A DNA stretch of 64,000 nt from Candidatus Babeliales bacterium. GTDB lineage: Bacteria; Babelota; Babeliae; Babelales; JANWKD01. The translations under genes and the position numbers were made by a program. This document shows positions 50,602-59,694 of this stretch, one piece after another. The DNA lies in NCBI GenBank assembly GCA_963722255.1, contig CAVRJO010000002.1:160001-224000 (forward strand), read 5' to 3'. The notes under the pieces were generated by a model. It searched no databases and was not told where the DNA came from. It saw nothing but the letters and a program-made list of their open reading frames with translations. How positions within the stretch are numbered: the first letter of the stretch is position 1; each line of letters starts with the position of its first letter.

Positions 50602-51174
50602 TTAACAAGACGGGATAATCGCACCGATAATTCCCATACCTATTGAAGCCACTTCAACGATAACAAGTGTTGCTGCAGCCGCAACTCCCGGCGTATTACT
50701 AATAGCAGTCGCAACAACTTCTGACCCGGTAGCTGCCTGAGTTGCAATCATTACCGCACAACGACCGCCTTCTTCCCCAGTTGCTTGATTTATAGTTGTT
50801 CCAATAAACTTTGTAGCACCATAAAGAATCCCTGCCAAAACCGGGCCGCCGCCCATTCCTCGCACTTTAGATCTAAGGACAAACTCATCATTATCCAGGC
50901 GCTTGATTTCTACATACCCAGCCTTTTGAAATTTTTTGAGTGTTTTTTTGGATGCATTTCTTAATAAAGAATCAACAAAATCGTCTTTTACTTCATAAGG
51001 CGTGCCATTGCGCATAACACAAAATCCATTTTTATTTCTTAAAAGCTTAACATTGCCCAATTGCTCTGAAGCCCTAACTGAAGTCTGTTTAAATTCAAAT
51101 GTTTTTTCCATTGCCACTGCATGAGAAATAATCGAAGATACTAATATTACACTTGCTATAACTAATTTTTGCAT
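50602..51174 (-). CDS. Secreted RGxGG precursor 1
   Basis: Signal peptide ending AVA-MEK; basic pro-domain ending FVLRSKVRGMGG; Gly/Ala/Val/Ile-rich core of about 81 aa. Confidence 0.8.
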   Translation of the reverse strand: MQKLVIASVILVSSIISHAVAMEKTFEFKQTSVRASEQLGNVKLLRNKNGFCVMRNGTPYEVKDDFVDSLLRNASKKTLKKFQKAGYVEIKRLDNDEFVLRSKVRGMGGGPVLAGILYGATKFIGTTINQATGEEGGRCAVMIATQAATGSEVVATAISNTPGVAAAATLVIVEVASIGMGIIGAIIPSC

Positions 51175-51239
51175 TAAAAAATCCTGAATATAAAAAATTT
51201 AAAAACTCAATAATAATCAAACTCCCCTTTTTTAAAAAA

Positions 51240-51267
51240 ATATTTCTACATCGCCCCTCTCCTTTTT
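51240..51267 (-). promoter_or_regulatory. Conserved upstream motif of precursor 1
   Basis: Direct copy of 50538-50566. Confidence 0.55.
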
Positions 51268-51940
51268 GCCCTTAATACCAACAATTTTTCATTTTTACCA
51301 TGTACATTCATTTCAAAGAAACCTCCAATTTCCCCTTAAACCATTTTTAGCAGTCTTCGACCAGTACCATCACAGATCAGAACCCATTGTGCATGAAAAT
51401 ATGGCTCTTATTGAGAAGTTTCCCAAATTGATTTTTACGTCAACATTAAATTACGTGTGAAATACATGGTTTTTTTGATTTTGAATGAAGACATTTTTAA
51501 AAAATTTTTTTTGTCGCCAAAACTGTGACCGATGCAAAAATTTTAAAGCAACATGTTCTTGACATCGATTTTGTAAAAAGTGTTTTATTAATGGGCTAAA
51601 AGTAATAAGGCAACAAAAATTGTTGTTTGAGCCTACCATTAAAAAAGCAACAAGAAGCGCAATGAGGAGCGTATATGATAATTAATTTAAAAAGGAAACA
51701 AAGACAACTACTATTTTCGATCTAAGTACAAAACATTTTCAAAATAGTTCTTAAGAATAGAACGATGAGGGCTAAAAATTTCTTCCGGCAAGTTCGCTCT
51801 GTTAAAAAATCTTGCAGCCAACTTTAATATTTTTGGTATTCACAAGCGAACTTTCAGCATAAGATCAAAATTTTTTCTAAAATTTTAAGTTAAGAAGGAT
51901 ATAGACAACCTTAATTGCGCGCTTCAAGCACACCTAAAGA

Positions 51941-52354
51941 TTATTGAATAGGAGTAAGAATTTTTATCATTAAAGCATAATAGCTTGAAATATTTGGATA
52001 AATATCTCTTACCTGAGCAGCATTGTAATTATGCGTTGTCTTATTTCTATCTTCCAACATTGCCAAAAGCACAAACCCTTCCGATTCCGTACATAATTCT
52101 TTTTCTACGCACATACGAAAAACTGAACGAGGACTATTTACATCTTCAATATTAAATTTTTTTTCAAAATATAATTTAAGAAATTTCCAAAAACTTTCAT
52201 AGCAATATTCAAACCGTTGTATGGTAGAATCTTGTGCTGCTAAAATAAGTCTGTTATTACCAAGATCAACGGCCTCTTCTTCTGCAATAAATGAATCTGC
52301 TAAAGTTGCTAAAGCATTCGTTAATAAACTTCGGCTTAATGTTAATTTTTCCAT
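51941..52354 (-). CDS. HEPN-domain toxin (HI0074 family)
   Basis: DSTIQRFEYCYESFWK, SPRSVFR and RNKTTHNY (Rx4H) motifs. Confidence 0.92.
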   Translation of the reverse strand: MEKLTLSRSLLTNALATLADSFIAEEEAVDLGNNRLILAAQDSTIQRFEYCYESFWKFLKLYFEKKFNIEDVNSPRSVFRMCVEKELCTESEGFVLLAMLEDRNKTTHNYNAAQVRDIYPNISSYYALMIKILTPIQ

Positions 52355-52653
52355 TCAATTCCTTCTTCTTGAATTGTTTTTCTAAATTCTTCCGGAATTG
52401 CATGCATATCAACTAAATCAATAAAAACTGGAATAACTAAATGCTCTAACGTAACCCGTGCTCTTTCCATCTCTCCAAATGCAATTTGCTTGCCATAATC
52501 AACTGCAATATCAATATCGGCACCGGGTCTATTGGTTCCTCGTGCTCGTGAGCCGAAAAGATAAATTTTTGCACCGGGAAAATGATAGTCCATAGCTCGC
52601 ATTATCATAGTCTTGTAATCCAGATTAATATTTTCTGCCATCGCATTTCTCAA
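52342..52653 (-). CDS. Minimal nucleotidyltransferase (MNT) antitoxin
   Basis: YLFGSRARG...ADIDIAV and FIDLVD motifs; overlaps the HEPN gene. Confidence 0.92.
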   Translation of the reverse strand: MRNAMAENINLDYKTMIMRAMDYHFPGAKIYLFGSRARGTNRPGADIDIAVDYGKQIAFGEMERARVTLEHLVIPVFIDLVDMHAIPEEFRKTIQEEGIEWKN

Positions 52654-52789
52654 ATAGATATAAGTAAATTTTTACATCAAAAATAATAACAAGAACAATA
52701 CACTTTTGTAAAACAATCAAAAAATCTATTTTATAGATTGTAATAAGAAGTTGTTTATAACCATGAACAACTTTTAAAAAACCACACTC

Positions 52790-53992
52790 TTATTTTAAAG
52801 TCAATTTCATACAGGTTGTACCAGGATAGGAAAAGTTTAAAATACTTTTATAATTCCATCCATGATCAATCATTTTTCGAGCACCCCATTGGCAAATTCC
52901 CAAATGATGGCCATATCCCTTACCTTCAATAACTATTTTTTTAAGCTTTTTTTTGAATAGAATAACAAAAGCTTTTTATTTTAGTGGTTAAAGAATAAAA
53001 CTGTTTTCCTGTTAATTTTGTTATTCCTTGAGCCCAGGATATGGTAACCTCTTCAACAGCACCGGCCTTGTCTTTTGCAGCATTTATTGACGTAATACCA
53101 TGGATCATAAAGCCTTTTTTCTGTAATAATTTTTCAAACTCGATGCAGTCAAGCTCACATTTCCATTCATAAATTTTACATGGCTTGCAAAAATCACATA
53201 CTTTAGTCCGAGCTAAATAAGGCGATTTTTTAAAATCTACGCCGGTCAAATGTGCAGGAATAATGCCCCCACAACAACTATCAAACATCGCATGAATCGG
53301 TTTCTTATTATAGGTAACAATAAGACCTTAGTTTGCTCTACTGCTTTTTCTAGAACTTCACTTTCGTGAAATCCATTATAGGTCTGATGAATATTAGTTT
53401 TTTTTATATGATACGGATTTTTATTACCACTTTCCAATACCTTTGCAATTACGTAAGTTCGCGAAGCGATGGCAAAAACTTTATTAACCTCAAGAGGCCA
53501 ACCGGGCCAACTTTCTGATCGTAAAACAGAATAAACATAATCTTCGAGTTCAAGCTGATTGATAAGCATACAGGAATCATTTTGAATAAGACAAATAAAA
53601 GAACCTTGATATACATTATTAGAAAAGCCCAGATGCCCTTCAATAGGCTCAATTCTTATGCTCTTTTCTTCCAAGCGTTGGCCATTAATATACCAATTTC
53701 CCTGCTTCATACAAAGCATGGTAGTAGTATGCTTAGAATATCGTTTTTTTCTATGATTGGTAGCATCATAAATCATTACACCTTTTTGCGCGTATATAGA
53801 CCACTGAGTTGAACCTTTTTTTTCATCAAGTAGTACACGTACCTTAAACTGCTTTGGGTTTTCTACAAAAGGTCCTGGATTTTCTTGCTCTTTTATAAGC
53901 GTCGACATTTTAACAGATCGCGCATCACACAAAGCGCCGAATAGACAGTTAAAAATGCATAAACAGTAGACAAGATTATAAAGAAATGTCAT
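52790..53992 (-). CDS. SpoIID/LytB-domain protein (two apparent frameshifts)
   Basis: INQLELEDYVYSVLRSE, AIASRTY, HQTYNG, SCCGG, SPYL and GKGYGHHLGICQWGA motifs spread over three reading-frame segments. Confidence 0.85.
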
Positions 53993-54494
53993 GAGCGGAA
54001 AGAAACTTAATAAATTCTTGAGGAACTTTCACTTTTTTATCAATACCTGCATTAGCCAATTCATCAGCTAAACCATTATACTCCCGCAAAATATGACAAA
54101 AAGAATATTTTATTTGATCAAGAAGAACAAATGCTAAATCAAAAAGTTTTTTTAACTCTATGCTTTTAATTTTATATTCACCCTTCATATGCTTCACTAA
54201 CAGTTCAGAATCGGAAAAAACATATAACGTATCATCTTTTCCTATGTGCTTTTTAGCATAAAAGATGCCCAGTAATAAAGCCATATATTCAGCTTGGTTA
54301 TTTGTTTTAATACCTAAATAAAATCCTTTTTTATAGATTTGATCCTCATCTTTTGAAAGATAAATACCCGCTCCCGCTTGCCCTGGATTTTTGCGTGAAG
54401 CTCCATCGATAAAAAGTTTCCATGCGATTCCGCCTTTTTTAGTAGTGAGATGAGCCGGGATACATTCTTCAAAAAAATTGAGCTGTTTCATCAT
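53976..54494 (-). CDS. rnhA: Ribonuclease HI family protein
   Basis: FIDGASRKNPGQAGAG, TNNQAEYMALL, SDSELLV and HILREYNGLADELAN motifs. Confidence 0.93.
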   Translation of the reverse strand: MMKQLNFFEECIPAHLTTKKGGIAWKLFIDGASRKNPGQAGAGIYLSKDEDQIYKKGFYLGIKTNNQAEYMALLLGIFYAKKHIGKDDTLYVFSDSELLVKHMKGEYKIKSIELKKLFDLAFVLLDQIKYSFCHILREYNGLADELANAGIDKKVKVPQEFIKFLSAHDISL

Positions 54495-55196
54495 TATTCC
54501 ATATATAGAAAACGATAGCATTCTTTACACTGTAACAATGCATGTTTTTTTAACCGAGCAATATCTTGTTGTGTTATAGAATAAAAGCAGGCAGAACAAC
54601 AGTTATTAATGACAGGAACCACCGGGTTAGGAACAGACTTTCTCATAACGGCATACTTTTCAAGCCATTCTTGAGGAATACCTACCTCTAATTCTGCTCT
54701 TTGTATATGTCGTTCAGAGATTTTTTGAATAAGATCTTTTTTTTGTGTTACCGAAGTAACGATTAAGCTTTCTAAATCTACGAGCTCGCTTTTCCAATTC
54801 TGCTTTAGTTATAAGATAACTACGAGTAGTGGATTCAAGCACATTCCATGCCTCTAAAAGCCCTTCCTCTAATTCGTATTGCTTTTTTTTCAATGCATCG
54901 ATTTCTTGAGAAGCAGATTGATATTCGCGCTGATTGACAATACGCTCAAAAAGATCTCTTTTTATCTTAATTTTTGCATCGAGATCTTTCATCTCAAACT
55001 CTTTTTCATCAACCTTTTTTTTGCACGATGCAACAAGCATTTTAGCATGCTCAAGCTGATCCTCGACACGAAAAACCTCATTTTGAAATTCATTAATATC
55101 TTTTTCTAGCCGATCATTATCACGCTCTAAAGCATTTGTTGTTTGATCAAATGCCACAAGATTAACAAATTTTTGAAAAGGAAACTCAGTCATCAA
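54494..55196 (-). CDS. Coiled-coil protein with C4 zinc ribbon (DUF164-like), frameshifted
   Basis: Coiled coil with REYQSASQEI; the alternative frame gives PQEWLEKY...PVVPVINNCCSACFY...LQCKECYRFLY; adjacent to rnhA. Confidence 0.85.
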
Positions 55197-55235
55197 GGTT
55201 TTCTACCTCCGCTTTGCTTATTATTTTAGCATTTA

Positions 55236-55371
55236 GTCCATTCTTCGCTTTTAGAGAAAAACATAGAAGTATACTAAAGCTACGAAGGACAACCTTCTTC
55301 CTTTTACTGCCAATAGCCAACCGTAGCCATAGGTCTACTTCATAGTAATAACCTTCGTAGGCGAAGATTGG
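55236..55371 (-). repeat. tRNA 3' trailer element after tRNA-Ile2
   Basis: Homologous to 6010-6146. Confidence 0.8.
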
Positions 55372-55445
55372 TGGGCCCACCAGGACTTGAACCTGGGACC
55401 TCTCGGTTATGAGCCGATTGCTCTGACCAACTGAGCTATGGGCCC
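55369..55445 (-). tRNA. tRNA with CAT anticodon, probably tRNA-Ile2 (lysidine)
   Basis: GGGCCCATAGCTCAGTTGGTCAGAGCAATCGGCTCATAACCGA...GGTTCAAGTCCTGGTGGGCCCACCA; acceptor stem typical of Ile2. Confidence 0.9.
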
Positions 55446-55629
55446 ACTTTTAAGAAGAATAGCACAGGAAATACCTTATGCTAAAAACTTGTCCTTAGTG
55501 TAAATCAAATTATTTCGCTTGTGAAGAGCAAATAAGATAAAAAAGCGCCTTTTGACGAATTTCATAATTTTCTTTAAGCTTAGTATACTTAGTTCAAATA
55601 TAGTTGTATTTAATTTTTTAAGGAGTCCT

Positions 55630-56218
55630 ATGAAAAAAATAGTTATTTTTTCCCTTTTAATTTCTATTACTGCTTTAGCCTATGCAGCTGGTCCACAACC
55701 CAAAGTAAATGCCGAGCAGGCCCAACAACAATTGCAATACCGAATGACCGCTTTTAGCATAATTCAAGTAGAACGTATGGTAGCCCAAATTGAGAAGACT
55801 TGAGACCAAACGAGAAAATTTAACGAAACAGATTACACCTGAAATAAAAATGAAAATGGAAGAAGAAGCTGAAGAATTGCTCTCCACTATGCATAATGAA
55901 ATGGCAAATGATCTAAAAGAATATGGTGAGTTCATTTTAGGTCTTGATCTCAAAAAGACCTTAGCAGAATGTGAAACAGAACTTAAAACCAATAAAACTA
56001 AAACTTCGTGTAATAAATTTGAAGAACAAAACAAATTCGCAGAAATGATTGAAAGAAACTTGGCCAATAGAACAACCGCACGTTTATCTGTAGCTACTAC
56101 CAAAGTAGAAGAACATTTAAAGAGCAAATATCCTAATAACTATCACACCTATAAAAAATTAAAAGATGTTGAGCAAAAAATCGATAGCGTTCTCAAAAAT
56201 ATGGCTAAAAATCAATAA
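55630..56218 (+). CDS. Hypothetical secreted helical protein (frameshifted near 55795)
   Basis: AGGAG RBS; signal peptide MKKIVIFSLLISITALAYA; coding continues in the 55790-56218 frame. Confidence 0.6.
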
Positions 56219-56228
56219 GAGCAATTGT

Positions 56229-56267
56229 AAAAAAAGCTGATTGTTACGTAACAATCAGCTTTTTTTT
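56229..56267. terminator. Bidirectional intrinsic terminator
   Basis: aaaaaaagctgattgttac-gtaacaatcagcttttttt perfect palindrome between convergent genes. Confidence 0.8.
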
Positions 56268-57276
56268 ATATACTATTCAACAAAAAATCCTTGAGCCTTT
56301 GGCTGTATCCCCATTCATTATCATACCAACCAAAAACCTTTGCCATCGTTCCCTGCACTGAAGTAAGCGATTCATCAATAATCACTGAGCTCTTATTACC
56401 TTTAAAATCGGAAGAAACTAAGGCTTCTTTAGTGGTTGTAAGAATACCTTCTAAAGCATCAGATTTTGCCGCCTGTTCAAAAGCCTTATTAATTATTTGG
56501 ATAGTAACGTTATTTTTTAACCTAACAACCAAATCAATAAGTGAAACTTTATCAAGGGGAACACGTAAAGAAACACCAACAATTTTATCACCCAATTCAG
56601 GCATAACTTTTCCAACAGTCTTACTTGCGCCGGTTGACGTTGGAATACAGTTAATTGCCGCAGCGCGAGCTCGGCGAGGATCATGATCGTTTACGTCAAG
56701 AAGCACTTGCGAATTGGTGTATGCATGCACCGTTGTCATAAACCCTTGTTGAATCTCAAAAGCATCATGTAAAACTTTAAGCATAGGAACTACGGCATTG
56801 GTTGTACAACTTCCCAAAGAAACAATTTTGTGCTTAGAAGAGTCAAATGCTGCATCGTTCACGCCGGGAATAATGGTTACATCATCGCCATGAGCAGGTG
56901 CAGAAATTAGAACAGCCTTTGCTCCACTTGCAAGGTGTTGTTCTGCTTGCTGGCGATGAGTATATTTACCGGAACAGTCAACAACCCAATCAATGGCTAA
57001 TAATTTCCAGGGCAGTTTATCGGCATTTGATTCTGCAAAAATTTGTATAGAGAGATCATCAATATGCAATATATCACCAACTAAATGCACATTTCCAGTA
57101 TATGTTCCTAGTAAAGAATCATAGATAAACTGATGGGCAACATATTCTTTTGGAGAAGGTCCAATATTAACAGCAACAATGGTTATCTTTTTTAAAGCTT
57201 TTTTATCTTCAACAAGCGCACGTAAAAAATTTTTACCAATACGACCCATTCCATTAAGTGCAATACGCATTACCAC
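56266..57276 (-). CDS. gap: Type I glyceraldehyde-3-phosphate dehydrogenase
   Basis: ALNGMGRIG, GSCTTN, TTVHAYT, RARAAA, PTSTGA and WYDNEWGYS motifs. Confidence 0.95.
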   Translation of the reverse strand: MVMRIALNGMGRIGKNFLRALVEDKKALKKITIVAVNIGPSPKEYVAHQFIYDSLLGTYTGNVHLVGDILHIDDLSIQIFAESNADKLPWKLLAIDWVVDCSGKYTHRQQAEQHLASGAKAVLISAPAHGDDVTIIPGVNDAAFDSSKHKIVSLGSCTTNAVVPMLKVLHDAFEIQQGFMTTVHAYTNSQVLLDVNDHDPRRARAAAINCIPTSTGASKTVGKVMPELGDKIVGVSLRVPLDKVSLIDLVVRLKNNVTIQIINKAFEQAAKSDALEGILTTTKEALVSSDFKGNKSSVIIDESLTSVQGTMAKVFGWYDNEWGYSQRLKDFLLNSI

Positions 57277-57288
57277 TCCTTATTTTTT

Positions 57289-58122
57289 TTATTGATTAGC
57301 TCTCCAACTACGAACATCCATTACAACTTTTTTTAAATCGTCTTCACTTAAATTTGGTACTTCAACTATACAAGGAATATGTTTCAAGCGAATATCACAA
57401 ATAAATGCCTTCAAAGCGTCCCTTCCAATTAACCCTTCGCCTGGAATTGCATGGCGATCACGATGTAAGCCTAATTTTTCTTGAGAATCATTGAGATGAA
57501 GCAAAGCAACCGAATCAATACCTAGAGTTTCTTCTAAAAATTCTATAAATCTTTTCTGCTCATTCATATCAGCAATATTATAACCAAAACTAAATGCATG
57601 TGCAGTATCAATACAAAATTTAACTTTTTCAGGCTTGTCCAATTTAGATCGTATAACTGCTAATTCACTAATTTCACCGCCTATAGATCTATTTCCAAAA
57701 GCAACATTTTCTAGTAATAGAGTAGGATAATTGCCCTTTTTTAAAACATGATTTATTTTTTTTGCTATTGCATCAATACCTTGTTCCCGCGTATTTCCAG
57801 CTTCAATAGAGCCAGGATGAATCACCAAGTAACCTGATTCTAATCTATTTGCTAGTTCTAATTCTTTTTTTAAAAAGTAACAACTATTTTGGCTATGTAA
57901 CGTAGATGCTAAATTTATTTTATAAGAACCATGTATATACAGATCAATATCCTTTTTATGTTGTATAAATCGCTTATACACATCATGAGAAAAAGTAATA
58001 TAGTTTCCTGTTTCATGAAAGGTTAAAAAAGATTGAAATGCTGTCAATTCAAGCCTTTTAACGTGCATGATAAGATCGTCTAATGTTGTTATTAACCGTA
58101 CATTTAACCCCACATTTTCCAT
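57289..58122 (-). CDS. nfo: Endonuclease IV
   Basis: HGSYKINLAS, VIHPGS, LLENVA, CIDTAH and HLNDS...DRH motifs. Confidence 0.93.
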   Translation of the reverse strand: MENVGLNVRLITTLDDLIMHVKRLELTAFQSFLTFHETGNYITFSHDVYKRFIQHKKDIDLYIHGSYKINLASTLHSQNSCYFLKKELELANRLESGYLVIHPGSIEAGNTREQGIDAIAKKINHVLKKGNYPTLLLENVAFGNRSIGGEISELAVIRSKLDKPEKVKFCIDTAHAFSFGYNIADMNEQKRFIEFLEETLGIDSVALLHLNDSQEKLGLHRDRHAIPGEGLIGRDALKAFICDIRLKHIPCIVEVPNLSEDDLKKVVMDVRSWRANQ

Positions 58123-58131
58123 ATATACCCC

Positions 58132-59554
58132 TCAGCGCAACTCTTGTAAAAGATCTTGAGCAATATATGGCTTTAAAATCTCAGCAAATTCATGCTTTAT
58201 ACGGTTTAATCCATGAATAGTATCTGATTCAAATCTCAGGCATACAACCGGCTGAGTATTTGAAGGACGAACCATACCCCATCCATCAGGCATAATCACA
58301 CGGATACCATCGAGTGTCATAAACTGTACATCAGGTTTTGAACTATAAGCAGTTTGAACATGATCTACAATTGCAAGCATATCGCTTTCTTTGCAAGCAA
58401 ATCGTAGTTCAGGAGTAATAAATTTTTTAGGAAAATGTTCAAGAAGCTTTTGCAAGGATTTTTCTGTCTTTTGCAAAAGCTCAAAAAGACGCAACATAGC
58501 ATAAATACCATCATCAAAACCAAAATAGCGATCCTTAAAGAAGAAATGACAACTTAATTCACCTGCTAAAATAGCACCATTTTTCTTCATCTGATCTTTA
58601 ATAATTGAGTGTCCGGAAGGTGACATACAAGGATTTGCTTGCAAAGAATTAAGGACTTCCGTAAGACCAGATGAACATTTGGTGTCATATACAACCGTAG
58701 CTTTTGGGTTCTCATTAAGAACCGATTCAGCAAAAACAGCAAGCAGTTTATCTCCCAGAATAAGTTCTCCATCATGAGTCATCGGAGCCATTCTATCACA
58801 ATCACCATCAAGCCCAATGCCATATGCATTATCGGTAGCAATCAAAATTTTTTTCAGAGCTTCCATATTTTTTTCAACAATAGGATCAGCTTCATGATTA
58901 GGATAGGTGCCATCGATTTCTGCAAAAAGCAGCTTAACATGCGGCCACTGCATTTCTTTAATCAACTGAGGTAATACTGAACCTGCTGCACCATTTGCAC
59001 AATCGATTATAACCTCATCCTTCATGCCATACAAGATGGGCAAAATGAACTTTCATCCAGCCTATATATTCATGAATAATCTCTTTTTTTTCAAAAATAC
59101 CTTTTTTGGGTGCCACAATAGCCTTTTTTTGGGTAAAAAGCTTTTTAATCTCCTGTATCTGACCACCCCACACAGATTCTTTATTAAAGCAGATTTTAAA
59201 GCCATTATATTCTTTGGTATTATGAGAAGCTGTAATCATAACCCCAGCCCCTACATCCAGGTTAAAAAGAGAAAAATAGAGGACTGGTGTTGGGCACAAT
59301 CCAATAAAGGTGACATTAAGACCACTATCTAAGAATGCTCTGCATAAATGTTCCTGTATTACAGGTGAATGCGTTCGACCGTCCATTCCTACAGCTATAT
59401 TAGAAATCAGGGGATTTTTTTGAATAAAATAGGTAGCCATAGCACAACCTAGATCATAAACCTGATCAAGAGCAAGCTCAGAACCTACTTTACCACGAAT
59501 ATCATATTGTCGAAAAATTGAATCTACCACAAACACTCCTTGGTAATAATACAT
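58132..59554 (-). CDS. Phosphomannomutase/phosphoglucomutase (frameshift near 59030)
   Basis: IFRQYDIRG and ITASHN in one frame; DGDCDR, GELSCH and RPSNTQP in the other. Confidence 0.9.
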
Positions 59555-59694
59555 ATATATTCTAAGTCTATACTAAGCGTAAAAAAAATTCTAAAGGTCC
59601 TTAAGAATTACAGAGATATCTTGAGGTGCTCAGATAAGCATGCTACACTGTCCCCTGGTAAACTCTTAACCTCCGCTATGGTGTTCAATACCCT

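Noticed and set aside
51270..51720. Possible decayed minus-strand gene with a prepilin-like hydrophobic start (YTLLIALLVAFL)
   Set aside because: Broken by stops and frame changes; too little signal to call.
51789..51852. Short inverted repeat aagttcgct...agcgaactt
   Set aside because: Only 9 bp, seen once, with no target duplication.
55186..55380. 64-aa ORF
   Set aside because: Runs through the tRNA 3' end and its trailer element; no protein features.
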